Positions 18,485-27,556 of a stretch of 64,000 nt of DNA are shown here, piece by piece. Source of the DNA: an uncultured virus (IMG/VR IMGVR_UViG_3300017739_000002) (lineage: Duplodnaviria; Heunggongvirae; Uroviricota; Caudoviricetes); the IMG/VR virus record IMGVR_UViG_3300017739_000002. One strand, written 5' to 3'. The notes beneath the pieces were generated by a model that worked only from the letters and a program-made list of their open reading frames with translations, did not search any database and had not been told where the DNA came from. Every line of letters starts with the position of its first letter. The first letter of the stretch is position 1. Both the position numbers and the translations under genes were made by a program.

Positions 18485-18515
18485 ATACTACAGTAAGATG
18501 CCTTACTTGTCAACC
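18485..18515 (-). promoter_or_regulatory. Early sigma70 promoter with palindromic operator in the spacer
   Basis: GGTTGACA-AGTAAG-GCAT-CTTACT-G-TAGTAT. Confidence 0.8.
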
Positions 18516-18748
18516 TTTTTTTGCCTTTTTTTCTCTAAAAAACACGTAAAACTTCCAGGATTATGGTTTGCTTGTCTATATTCTCTTATTCTTGGGTGAT
18601 TTGTTATCCATTGTGGCATTTCTCGCATTATGTCACCTTGTCCAGTAACAACTACGACTTTTCTCATGCCTCTATAGTATGCATCGTCTATCTTGTTATT
18701 AAAATGACGCCATGCTTCATGTATATGATATCCGTGTAAATCAATCAT
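18503..18748 (-). CDS. Stand-alone Smr domain protein
   Basis: IDLHG, VVVVTGQG, NPGS. Confidence 0.85.
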   Translation of the reverse strand: MIDLHGYHIHEAWRHFNNKIDDAYYRGMRKVVVVTGQGDIMREMPQWITNHPRIREYRQANHNPGSFTCFLEKKRQKKVDK

Positions 18749-19118
18749 CCCAATGCATTTTACTTATTTTCTGCATCTCGAATTCTTCTACAAGTTTTTC
18801 CATTTCTGCAACACTGAACCTAAAACTAAATGGACCTGTGTTTACTTGCACAAATTCGCATGGTACTTGCTCTGGGCGAGGTCCTGAATGGCTGAGATAC
18901 CAATATATCCTACCACTTTTTGTTTCTAATCCTTCAACACCAGTACGCCAATTATCGCATATATATTGAAAATGTTCTTCTGACATTTGTCTGCCAATAT
19001 TCATATAGTCAGTTACACGAAAACTTATTTTTACTGACTCTTCATCTTTAAATAAGTACAATTTAATAGGTTGGCTCATACGCCAAACATTATTTTCGTC
19101 TATATTAGGATGATTCAT
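18741..19118 (-). CDS. Hypothetical protein
   Basis: ORF with a likely start at 19118. Confidence 0.6.
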   Translation of the reverse strand: MNHPNIDENNVWRMSQPIKLYLFKDEESVKISFRVTDYMNIGRQMSEEHFQYICDNWRTGVEGLETKSGRIYWYLSHSGPRPEQVPCEFVQVNTGPFSFRFSVAEMEKLVEEFEMQKISKMHWDD

Positions 19119-19350
19119 TCTTTTTATTCTCCACATATTCTCTTAAATCTACAACCTTTTCAGTTTCTATAATATCAATAATAGTATGAGTAAGGTTAAT
19201 CTCCTGTTTTATAAAAGCCATCTTTATTTGAAGTTGTTCTAGTTCTCTATTGTAATGTTCTAGTTCACGTTCTTTTCGATTGCGTATGTCATAAACTTCT
19301 TGGAGATTTATTATTAATTTTACATTTGAGTTTCCGGGTTTTATAAGCAT
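19105..19350 (-). CDS. Hypothetical coiled-coil protein
   Basis: AAGGA SD; 81 aa. Confidence 0.65.
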   Translation of the reverse strand: MLIKPGNSNVKLIINLQEVYDIRNRKERELEHYNRELEQLQIKMAFIKQEINLTHTIIDIIETEKVVDLREYVENKKNESS

Positions 19351-19370
19351 TTATATTTCCTTTTGTTAGT

Positions 19371-19433
19371 TGGGTGCCTATAGTTGGGCTATTGTCCTCA
19401 TACCTATGCAAAGTAGGTGGCTCCAGGCACCCA
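19371..19433. other. Intergenic multi-stem structure
   Basis: 9-bp closing stem TGGGTGCCT/AGGCACCCA enclosing two short hairpins. Confidence 0.5.
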
Positions 19434-19441
19434 TAAAGTAC

Positions 19442-20212
19442 TTATGCTTCTATGGTTTCAACAAATGCTCGTTCTTGTACAAAATCACCAGGTGAACGCA
19501 TTGTGCCATGCATCCAGCCTGCTTCTTCTAACATATCTCTTATTTCGTTATTAAAACTTGGACCGCCACAAATCATAATCCTGTCTTTTGCTTTATCAAA
19601 TGCGGTTTCTTCCATTCCAAGATCACGGAACAGGTCACCATTACGGATTTTATCCGTAATTCTTCCAGAAAAGACTCCGTCTCGTGGAACTTCACGTGTG
19701 ACTGTTTGATACACTTTGGCTCCAAATGCCTCCAGTTCAGGGCGGAACACGAGCTCATCATTAACCCTACAAGTGTGAGTAACAATAACTTCATTATAAT
19801 ATTCATATACCTCAGGATGTCTTGCTAGACTCATAAAAGGTGCTAGTCCAGTACCTGTACTTATCATCCATAGCCTACCATTGCCATTTATACAAGGATC
19901 TGGATCCAAATTTCTAAGTAACAAAGTACCTATTGCTTTTTTACTAACCTGCAATACATCACCAGGCTTAATATGTTGTAACTCTGATGTTAAGGGACCA
20001 TCAGGTACTTTAATACTTAAAAACTCTAAAAAATTATCTTTAGGTGAATTAGCAATACTGTATGCTCTAGTTAAATTGCTTTCAGGCATACAAATCATAG
20101 TAAACTCTCCTGGTTGAAAATTTTTCTTATCCCAAGCATCACTCTTAGTTGTTCTAAACCAAAATAGGTCGTCTGTATAGTGTTCTACATCTAGAACTTT
20201 TTCTATATTCAT
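19442..20212 (-). CDS. fpr: Ferredoxin/flavodoxin-NADP+ reductase
   Basis: RAYSIA, IKVPDGPLTS.LQ, GTL, STGTGLAPF, VTRE, GRIT, MICG, ERAFV. Confidence 0.93.
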   Translation of the reverse strand: MNIEKVLDVEHYTDDLFWFRTTKSDAWDKKNFQPGEFTMICMPESNLTRAYSIANSPKDNFLEFLSIKVPDGPLTSELQHIKPGDVLQVSKKAIGTLLLRNLDPDPCINGNGRLWMISTGTGLAPFMSLARHPEVYEYYNEVIVTHTCRVNDELVFRPELEAFGAKVYQTVTREVPRDGVFSGRITDKIRNGDLFRDLGMEETAFDKAKDRIMICGGPSFNNEIRDMLEEAGWMHGTMRSPGDFVQERAFVETIEA

Positions 20213-20979
20213 TATACTTCCTTATAAAATTGTAAGTTTATACCGGACTTCAGCCATTTGTAATTTGGCTTACTACGTTTCACACAACTTGCATGTATTT
20301 GACAAGCATCAAATATCATAACATCACCTGGAATAAATTCAAGTACTGTTTCTATACTCAGTCCTTGCATATTACCTCTTGGTATTTGTGGAAACAGAAA
20401 GCCTGTCTTTTCAGGCCATTCTTCTGTACGTATGATATTTCCGTTTATATCATACAAATCTGGATATTCACGAGCAATCTCATAATCTGAGTTTTCCTGT
20501 GAACTAATCTCTACACGATCAAATGTAATACTTGTTCCAACATGTCTTTCATTAAAAAATGCTGTATGTGCATCTGCACCATCTGTAATTACTAAAGGAA
20601 TTACACAACTTTTATACGGTACTACATTTTTTGCCCATTCAAATCGATTTGTTTCTTCTTCTGTAAGCAAATCAACATGAGCGTCATGTAATTGTGTAGT
20701 AACATAAAAGTTACCACTGTGATGTTTATAGTAATCACCTACTAAATCTTTAAATACTTCATCTAGGAACGTACAGTTATTAAAAAGTGTATCAATATCT
20801 ACACTTGTTTGTATATTTCTACTTGAGGCTGTCCATTTTGCACCCTCTGCAAGAATAAACTGTTGTTGAAACAGTTCATTTACTTGTTCAGGTGTAAATG
20901 CACTTTTAATGGTTTTTGCTTCTGAGAAACGTTGGGTAATCTCAGAATGATGTTTCTGTAAATTTTCTATATATGTCAT
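20212..20979 (-). CDS. Putative 2OG-Fe(II)/cupin oxygenase
   Basis: HVD...VIPL...PGDVMIFD..QIHAS...K; paralogue of the next gene. Confidence 0.6.
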   Translation of the reverse strand: MTYIENLQKHHSEITQRFSEAKTIKSAFTPEQVNELFQQQFILAEGAKWTASSRNIQTSVDIDTLFNNCTFLDEVFKDLVGDYYKHHSGNFYVTTQLHDAHVDLLTEEETNRFEWAKNVVPYKSCVIPLVITDGADAHTAFFNERHVGTSITFDRVEISSQENSDYEIAREYPDLYDINGNIIRTEEWPEKTGFLFPQIPRGNMQGLSIETVLEFIPGDVMIFDACQIHASCVKRSKPNYKWLKSGINLQFYKEV

Positions 20980-21689
20980 TTTGCTGTAAAAATACTATAA
21001 CCTAATTTTTGTTTTATACCAGTTTCTAAGAAATTTGCCGCACAATGTATACGTGCTGTATCAAATACAATTATATCTCCAGGTTTCCACTCTACTATCT
21101 GTTCAACTGTTAATCCAGTAAATCGTTGTATAGGAAGATGAGTAAAATACTTGTTGTAAAGTAACTCATCAAACACTTCTCCAGTATAACCTATAAGTTC
21201 ACTATTGTCAAGTAAGTCTTGGTTATAATACACTTGTGGTTTATCGTGGTTTTTGTGCTTGGGCTGTCCGCCATGTCGCAATTTAACAGGACCATCTAAG
21301 TAGCATTGATCAAATACTGCAAAGTTTGTTGGTTTTTCTATTTCTAATGGTATAACTACTGTCTTATACAAGTCAGGTATCCAACGAACGCTATCATCAT
21401 TATGTAGTATATGAGGTTGGTCTACTTTATAAAAATTTGTAGCAAAAGTCCAATGATCGCCAATGAATTCTGTAACAAATTTATCTGCTTTTAACCACCA
21501 ATCTGTATGTGCATCTTTATTAGGATAGTAATCATAAGTTACAGGGCCTGTGTTTTTGTGATTCTTTGGACCTGCTTCCCATGCCTCTAATAAGTCTGAC
21601 ATAAGATCCTTAGGTACTACATTTTCGTAAACTTTAGTTGGTTCTAACCTGCTAAGAATTGCTTGTTTTTGCTCTTCTGTTCTTAACAT
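20976..21689 (-). CDS. Putative 2OG-Fe(II)/cupin oxygenase
   Basis: HND...VIPL...PGDIIVFD..RIHCA...K; start set at 21689 (TAAATA-N5-ATG). Confidence 0.6.
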   Translation of the reverse strand: MLRTEEQKQAILSRLEPTKVYENVVPKDLMSDLLEAWEAGPKNHKNTGPVTYDYYPNKDAHTDWWLKADKFVTEFIGDHWTFATNFYKVDQPHILHNDDSVRWIPDLYKTVVIPLEIEKPTNFAVFDQCYLDGPVKLRHGGQPKHKNHDKPQVYYNQDLLDNSELIGYTGEVFDELLYNKYFTHLPIQRFTGLTVEQIVEWKPGDIIVFDTARIHCAANFLETGIKQKLGYSIFTAK

Positions 21690-21702
21690 AAATATATTTA
21701 TG
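21687..21702. promoter_or_regulatory. Palindromic divergent late promoter containing both start codons
   Basis: CATAAATATATTTATG is its own reverse complement. Confidence 0.75.
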
Positions 21703-22773
21703 CAAACGTTTGACCCTGGTGTAAACCATAAAGCCAAGTCTATACCTTTTGTAATTGCATACATTACTAATGAATTTCTATCTAATCAAGAGAGAATTTT
21801 TACACAAAATGATTTTGACTTTCATAATTCACTAAGCCATTTTGCTCATTCAATTGTTACCTTATATGCAGGCACAGTTGAGCAAGCAATAAAAGAAGCA
21901 CAAGAATTAGGAAAACAAAAAATATTATGTGTTACAGAAGGGTTGACATATCTTGATAAATTTATTCAAGAGATAATACATAACGACTACACACAGTTAG
22001 ATAATTGGGAGTATGGTTTTTTAAATTGGATAAACTTGGAAAGTAATAATACAACAGAAGCACCAGACGCAATAGTAAATGCACTCAGACTTACAGAACA
22101 GGTTGGCGACTATAGTATACTTGATAACTATTACAAATTAATTACACAATCAACAAAATGGTATGTTACAAATACTGAAGATATGATTGTAACTGAACCT
22201 AAAGAACATACAAATGAAATACTTGTTACTGCTGGTGCTCTCACACCTGCAATAGAAGCAATGACATACTTTACAAAACCAGGATATATCAATCTTGTTG
22301 ACAATAGTACTATTGCACATCAAATGTGGCAATACATAATTGAAAATTGGAACGGTAAAAACTATATAGATTTTATAAAAGACACCTATAAAAAATATCC
22401 AAGTCTTAGTGTTGACTTTACATCATTTAGTGAACGTCAACTTGTGCGTTATAATGATTTTGTAGATGCAGACTGGTTTAAAGATAGATGGGATATAGTT
22501 AAGCAATCTAAAATTAAAAATCATTACAGAGATTTTCTTGTAAATGATCCATGTGATATAATAAGCACGTCACGTGCACCATCAGCATATATAAATTTTA
22601 GTAATGCTTATAACTTTTATCCTACTTCTGTATATTTTACCCAAGATAACAGATTAAAAAAGTGGTTAAAGGTTTACGAAACAGTAAGAGATAAAAACCA
22701 CCAAAACTTTAAATACATTTTTAATGAAAGAGGAATGAATGGAATACTCAGGTACCGCGGAAGAAGGCCATAG
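21700..22773 (+). CDS. Hypothetical protein, possible Rossmann/methyltransferase-like C-terminal domain
   Basis: NTED, TAGALTP, VD.S.IA, YINFSN shared with 22739-24172. Confidence 0.7.
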   Translation: MQTFDPGVNHKAKSIPFVIAYITNEFLSNQERIFTQNDFDFHNSLSHFAHSIVTLYAGTVEQAIKEAQELGKQKILCVTEGLTYLDKFIQEIIHNDYTQLDNWEYGFLNWINLESNNTTEAPDAIVNALRLTEQVGDYSILDNYYKLITQSTKWYVTNTEDMIVTEPKEHTNEILVTAGALTPAIEAMTYFTKPGYINLVDNSTIAHQMWQYIIENWNGKNYIDFIKDTYKKYPSLSVDFTSFSERQLVRYNDFVDADWFKDRWDIVKQSKIKNHYRDFLVNDPCDIISTSRAPSAYINFSNAYNFYPTSVYFTQDNRLKKWLKVYETVRDKNHQNFKYIFNERGMNGILRYRGRRP

Positions 22774-24172
22774 AATTGCACACAAAGTTGCACTAGGATG
22801 GCTAGGCAATGAAAGGATTGTAGATCCTTTATGGAAAAACATGCTACAAAACGTGGCTGAATTTTATTGTGTAGAAGCAGAAATACACGGTTACAAACAT
22901 CAATTTTATGATAATGATCCTGCAGAATTATGTAGGAAAGCAAATGACGCAGGATGTAGTCATGTATTAATAATGAAAATTGGTTTGTTCCCACAAATGT
23001 TATTGGATAAATTCACTGAATGGTTTGAAAACTATTACAACGGTGAAGTGTTTTATGGACATGTATTGGATAAAGGTGATCTTTATTATGAGATACACCC
23101 ACAATGTATGCTAGTGGACGTTAGATGGTTCTGTAGCACCCTTACAGAGTTTGCACAACGCTATAGAGGCAGACTTACAGACTTTGTACAGCCACAACGT
23201 AGTGCTGATAACTTTCATGATCATTATACACCTAAATGGATAAAACAAGGTGAAGTTATAAGAACATATGAAGGCACCTGTTGGGGGTGGAATATAGTTG
23301 AAGCTGGTTTGCAAACTGAAACAGGTATTGGTATATGGCCAGAAAAGATAAGGGAAACTTATCATTATGCATATGGAGAAGTAGCAGACGATTATATACC
23401 TAAAAAGGCAGAGATAATTGGAAGGCTACAAAACAAAGAGCAATTCTTTATTGCTAATACAGAAGATTTTAAATTGCCAGATCAAATTCCTGATCCAGAT
23501 CCAGAAGTAAGACGTATAATTTTTTGTACTAGTGGAGGATTATCTGCACCGTTTCTTTCATACATTCATTGTGGTAAAGTAACTGATAACCAAAAAGTTG
23601 TTATTATGGATAGGTCAGGAATTGCTTTAGGAATAAGTGATTACATATTTGATAACTTTAATCCAAATGATACAACATATAAAAAGTTTATGTTAGACTA
23701 TTTTGATAACTTTGGATGGATGAAAAAACTTATTCAGGGTGTACATAGATTAGATGCAATGAACGACTATGTAAACTATCATGATGCTTTCAAAGATTAT
23801 TGGGAGTGTGAATGGCAAGTAATGCCAAGAGACTTTGAGCCAATTGAATTGTTTAATTTTGAAAGTGTAAAACGAATACTTGTAAGGCATGCACTTAAAG
23901 ATGCAGGACGTAACAAAGATAAGCAGTATGAAATTTATATAAATCTAAGTAATGTTTTTCATTTTTATCAGTCAAGTGTGTTCTTTAGTGTACGAGAAAG
24001 AGACCAAGCCAAAACAGAAATAGAAGAGTATCTTAGAGAGATTCACGATAAATACGATAACGTAACAGTAAATGTAATCGGCCCTGGTGGTGTGTTTAGA
24101 TTTAATCATTACCTACCATTCAGTGCTGAAGGACAAAAAATAGCAGAAGGAATATTTCCATGGATCAAGTAA
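22739..24172 (+). CDS. Hypothetical protein, paralogue of the upstream gene
   Basis: NTED, TSGGLSAP, MDRS.IA, YINLSN..FY..SV.F. Confidence 0.75.
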   Translation: MEYSGTAEEGHRIAHKVALGWLGNERIVDPLWKNMLQNVAEFYCVEAEIHGYKHQFYDNDPAELCRKANDAGCSHVLIMKIGLFPQMLLDKFTEWFENYYNGEVFYGHVLDKGDLYYEIHPQCMLVDVRWFCSTLTEFAQRYRGRLTDFVQPQRSADNFHDHYTPKWIKQGEVIRTYEGTCWGWNIVEAGLQTETGIGIWPEKIRETYHYAYGEVADDYIPKKAEIIGRLQNKEQFFIANTEDFKLPDQIPDPDPEVRRIIFCTSGGLSAPFLSYIHCGKVTDNQKVVIMDRSGIALGISDYIFDNFNPNDTTYKKFMLDYFDNFGWMKKLIQGVHRLDAMNDYVNYHDAFKDYWECEWQVMPRDFEPIELFNFESVKRILVRHALKDAGRNKDKQYEIYINLSNVFHFYQSSVFFSVRERDQAKTEIEEYLREIHDKYDNVTVNVIGPGGVFRFNHYLPFSAEGQKIAEGIFPWIK

Positions 24173-24918
24173 ACCCATTATATCAGGAAAGAAAAGAAAA
24201 TGTTGAATCGTTTGTAGCAGATTGCAAACAACACGAACACTATCAACATTTGAATCCACGCCCTGAACGTTTTGAAAACTGGCAAGATGAAAGAGGCATA
24301 ATGCAGGAATATGGCACTTGGATTATGACAGAAAGTAATTGTCCTAGTTTAAAACTTGATATGGATTTTCCTTACAAAACTGTATTAGAAGAAGTGATGC
24401 CACAGTATCACCAATTTGTAAAACACAGAGGACAGCAACATCCAGGTTGGAGTAGTATGTGTATACATGGACAAGGTGTAGAATACACAGATCCTCCTAA
24501 AGAATATCCAGATGTAGATGCTGACTTTCATTGGACAGAATTAAGTGAACAATGTCCTGAAACAACTAAATGGTTTAAGACACAATTTCCTTTTACTAGT
24601 TTTGATAGATTAAGATTTATGCTACTGGAGCCAGGTGGATTTATTCAGCCACACGCAGACTATGATGAAAGAAGATTGGCCGCTTTTAATATTGCAGTAA
24701 GTAATCCTCCAGGTGTTGACTTTGCTATGGAAGATGCAGGTTGTATTCCGTGGGAAGAAGGTGATGTTCGTGCTATTGATATTGGTAGGAAACATTCTGT
24801 TATCAATAACTCAAACGAAGACCGCATACATATGATTGTACACGGTAAGTGGAATCAAAATTTTAAAGAATTATTATGTAGAAGTTATGATCAGTTATTA
24901 GAAAGTCTTGCTAACTAG
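24160..24918 (+). CDS. Aspartyl/asparaginyl beta-hydroxylase-like 2OG-Fe(II) oxygenase
   Basis: R.RFMLLEPGG.I.PH.D, HSV.N.S.EDRIH. Confidence 0.85.
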   Translation: MDQVNPLYQERKENVESFVADCKQHEHYQHLNPRPERFENWQDERGIMQEYGTWIMTESNCPSLKLDMDFPYKTVLEEVMPQYHQFVKHRGQQHPGWSSMCIHGQGVEYTDPPKEYPDVDADFHWTELSEQCPETTKWFKTQFPFTSFDRLRFMLLEPGGFIQPHADYDERRLAAFNIAVSNPPGVDFAMEDAGCIPWEEGDVRAIDIGRKHSVINNSNEDRIHMIVHGKWNQNFKELLCRSYDQLLESLAN

Positions 24919-25782
24919 TTCATCAAACCAGTCCTTACGTTCTCTATATGCATCTATGTAATCGCTTATAGAAGTTTCCAATTTATCACAATAATCTAAT
25001 TCTAAGTATTCCATAATAAAATCTGGCCTTACGTCCCACCATGTGGGATCTTTTATTAATAATGCATCTTTGTTATGATACATTAAAATATCTGTTTGTG
25101 TATTATCATTTGGATTACAAATTTTATCTGCTAGTAAACGTCTTAAATTATCATGCTCAGTTAATTTAATATCAACTGGCTTATCATGTTCAAGACAGTG
25201 AGCTAAATCCCAATGCATAAAATTTAACTGCCACATATATTTCAGTTCATCATTTTCTAGTGCGTCATGCATTGCGTCATGATACTTCCCATACCACAAT
25301 TCTTTCCAGTTATCTGTAATTTCACCATTTACTAATTTATGATCAGTCCACCATAATTCACTATCACTATCAATCTCTTCATGATCTAAGCCTTTAAAAG
25401 CATGTGATATACAATAATGAAAAGCATCCTCATAATTAGATTCTTCACATATAATTAATTTGTCACATTCAATCTTTTGATCAGAATGTTCTAAACAACC
25501 AAAGTAATTACTCCAAACAAGCATCTCATAATCTTGTTCTAGTTTACGCATTGGTGCTATGATATCACCACGTATATTTTCCATAAGCCTATGACATTCT
25601 GTATGTTCAGGATGTCTATATGCATCATTAATTAAGCCACTGTATGCACCAGGTTTACCTGTCCATTCATGTTCATAGAAATTTGCTTTGTAAACTTGTG
25701 GGCCTACAAATTCACTATTGCATAACCACCAGGCAATACTATTCTGTGTTCCGTTTTTTGTTCCGTAAATTACTGTAATCAT
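24898..25782 (-). CDS. Hypothetical protein
   Basis: 294-aa ORF. Confidence 0.7.
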   Translation of the reverse strand: MITVIYGTKNGTQNSIAWWLCNSEFVGPQVYKANFYEHEWTGKPGAYSGLINDAYRHPEHTECHRLMENIRGDIIAPMRKLEQDYEMLVWSNYFGCLEHSDQKIECDKLIICEESNYEDAFHYCISHAFKGLDHEEIDSDSELWWTDHKLVNGEITDNWKELWYGKYHDAMHDALENDELKYMWQLNFMHWDLAHCLEHDKPVDIKLTEHDNLRRLLADKICNPNDNTQTDILMYHNKDALLIKDPTWWDVRPDFIMEYLELDYCDKLETSISDYIDAYRERKDWFDELVSKTF

Positions 25783-25987
25783 CTAAAATCTTTTGTCCAT
25801 GTTCAGCCCAAGCCTTTTCAAACTTTTCTTCGTATTCATACAATGGGGCACCATTGCCTCCAGCATACCATAAACGTTTGAAGTAGCCATTTTGTGAAGA
25901 CATTACTGTATCCAATGACGTATTGAAATGCCCTTTAACCATATGAAAAAGCCTATATGCTTCTTTAATTTCTGCATCAGTGTACAT
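25739..25987 (-). CDS. Hypothetical protein
   Basis: 82-aa ORF after TAAATA-N7. Confidence 0.65.
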   Translation of the reverse strand: MYTDAEIKEAYRLFHMVKGHFNTSLDTVMSSQNGYFKRLWYAGGNGAPLYEYEEKFEKAWAEHGQKILDDYSNLRNKKRNTE

Positions 25988-26001
25988 GTATTACTATTTA
26001 T

Positions 26002-26078
26002 TGGTGGGCCTGAAGGGATTCGAACCCCTGACTTCCAGTTTCGTAGACTGGCGCTCTATCCAGCTGAGCTACAGGCCC
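26002..26078 (-). tRNA. tRNA-Arg(ACG)
   Basis: GGGCCTG acceptor, CCAGT-CT-ACG-AA-ACTGG anticodon arm, GTTCGAATC, encoded CCA. Confidence 0.95.
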
Positions 26079-26083
26079 AAGGT

Positions 26084-26161
26084 TGGTCTCGGTGGTAGGA
26101 TTCGAACCTACGATCTCTTGCTCCCAAAGCAAGCGGATTAACCAGACTTTCCTACACCGAG
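26084..26161 (-). tRNA. tRNA-Pro(TGG)
   Basis: CTCGGTG/CACCGAG acceptor, CTTGC-TT-TGG-GA-GCAAG, encoded CCA. Confidence 0.93.
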
Positions 26162-26163
26162 TT

Positions 26164-26240
26164 TGGCAGAGGTACAAGGATTCGAACCCTGACTTACAGT
26201 TTTGGAGACTGTCGTGCTAAACCGTTAACACTATACCCCT
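26164..26240 (-). tRNA. tRNA-Trp(CCA)
   Basis: ACAGT-CT-CCA-AA-ACTGT, G73, encoded CCA. Confidence 0.93.
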
Positions 26241-26379
26241 ATTCTTTCATTGTAACTATTTCTTGTAATTTGTCAAGACCTATTTCATCTTTTTGTTCTT
26301 GGTCTTTTTTATTTTCTTGCCTCATCTTCCAAAGCATCCAATCGTAATAACGTTCTGGTTCTGGATCGTGGTTTCTCAT
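26239..26379 (-). CDS. 46-aa small protein, not in the ORF track
   Basis: MRNHDPEPERYYDWMLWKMRQE...; AGGA upstream. Confidence 0.5.
   Translation of the reverse strand: MRNHDPEPERYYDWMLWKMRQENKKDQEQKDEIGLDKLQEIVTMKE
26249..26276 (-). promoter_or_regulatory. Sigma70 promoter for the tRNA triplet
   Basis: TTGACA-N16-TACAAT, 8 nt before tRNA-Trp. Confidence 0.65.
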
Positions 26380-26602
26380 GTTCTGTTCCTGCTAAGATTC
26401 TTCTGGCGTGAGCAATACTATAGTTGTTAATACAAATGTATTTTACTAACTCTTTTCTATATTGCCAAAGTAATAATTCTTCCATCTTTAATGACGAACC
26501 TGGGATATACCCAGGCCGCCCCTTTTATGTTTTTGTGTATGTCCGTTTTAACTTGTTACAGCCGGCGTCCTGTGCCTGTCTATCATTTTGTTTCCTATGT
26601 GT

Positions 26603-26687
26603 TGGTGCCCATGGAGGGACTTGAACCCCCACTCCGCAAAGAACAGGTACCTAAAACCTGCGTGTCTACCAATTTCACCACATGGGC
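26603..26687 (-). tRNA. tRNA-Leu(TAG)
   Basis: GCCCATG acceptor, CAGGT-TT-TAG-GT-ACCTG, long variable arm, encoded CCA. Confidence 0.93.
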
Positions 26688-26744
26688 TTATAGTTGTCCT
26701 ACCCTGCTAACCGTGGCAGGGTGCGAGTATATTAAGGTACCAAC

Positions 26745-26960
26745 CTATTCTGAATCTTTAAAATAGAGATCCAGCATTTCAATTCTGTCATGTGCGGCGG
26801 ACATTTTATTAAGCTCTTCAATTACTGCTTCAGTAACGTCTGAGTGTTCGCCAATACCTGCTGGCATTGTACGATAAACTTCAATGTTCGCTCTATGAAC
26901 TGCTAATTCGCCTTCAGCCTGCTTACGTGCGGCTATCAGTAATGCGTCTCCTGCTTTCAT
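26745..26960 (-). CDS. Small conserved T4-like phage protein
   Basis: ANIEVY..P.GIGEH.D pattern. Confidence 0.75.
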   Translation of the reverse strand: MKAGDALLIAARKQAEGELAVHRANIEVYRTMPAGIGEHSDVTEAVIEELNKMSAAHDRIEMLDLYFKDSE

Positions 26961-27460
26961 TCGTGTTCACCTCCCTTATCTTGTGGGTCAAGTTTAATCT
27001 TCTTTCCATTCATCCACATAAAGTTTCTTGCACGACTTGGAGTTGATGTTGGAAAGTGATCAAAGAACCCGGGGTTTCGTTTTGCAGTTTCGAATGTGCC
27101 TACCGTTACTGCAATAGCACCCAGCAAGAATACGTGTGCTATTGAACTAATACCAAACACCCAAAAACTACCTACAAAGAAACTAAACACAATACACCAC
27201 ATCCAAGCAAGAACTTGAAGCACCATATGTCTAGTTGCCAAATCTGGAATATTTTTCAACGGATTTTTATCCGCATTCATTACACTATTCCAGCAATCAT
27301 ATACCCATTCCCTCATGGAAAATATACCTTTCTCTAAAGTGGTTTTTATAGGGTAGTGTGCATCTGCAGATTCTTTCCATTCGATTGCATCATATAAATC
27401 GTAAAACTTACGTGCAACCATATGATCCTTAAAGTATGCTTTTACCCTATACATTACCAT
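26957..27460 (-). CDS. Hypothetical membrane protein
   Basis: WNSVM..NPL.NIPD..RH...QVLAWMWC, two TM segments. Confidence 0.7.
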   Translation of the reverse strand: MVMYRVKAYFKDHMVARKFYDLYDAIEWKESADAHYPIKTTLEKGIFSMREWVYDCWNSVMNADKNPLKNIPDLATRHMVLQVLAWMWCIVFSFFVGSFWVFGISSIAHVFLLGAIAVTVGTFETAKRNPGFFDHFPTSTPSRARNFMWMNGKKIKLDPQDKGGEHE

Positions 27461-27469
27461 TCCTAAAAG

Positions 27470-27545
<76 letters not shown>

Positions 27546-27556
27546 CACATTATTAT

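Noticed and set aside
19371..19433. Hammerhead ribozyme or tRNA remnant
   Set aside because: No CUGANGA/GAAA core and no T-loop or CCA; kept only as an unclassified structure
2858..20212. Host chromosomal DNA or chimeric contig
   Set aside because: Host-like genes share the phage's AT content and TAAATA promoters and are interleaved with typical phage ORFs
26424..26766. Plus-strand ORFs 26424-26624 and 26491-26766
   Set aside because: Antisense to tRNA-Leu with no recognisable features; treated as spurious, like most short antisense ORFs in the track
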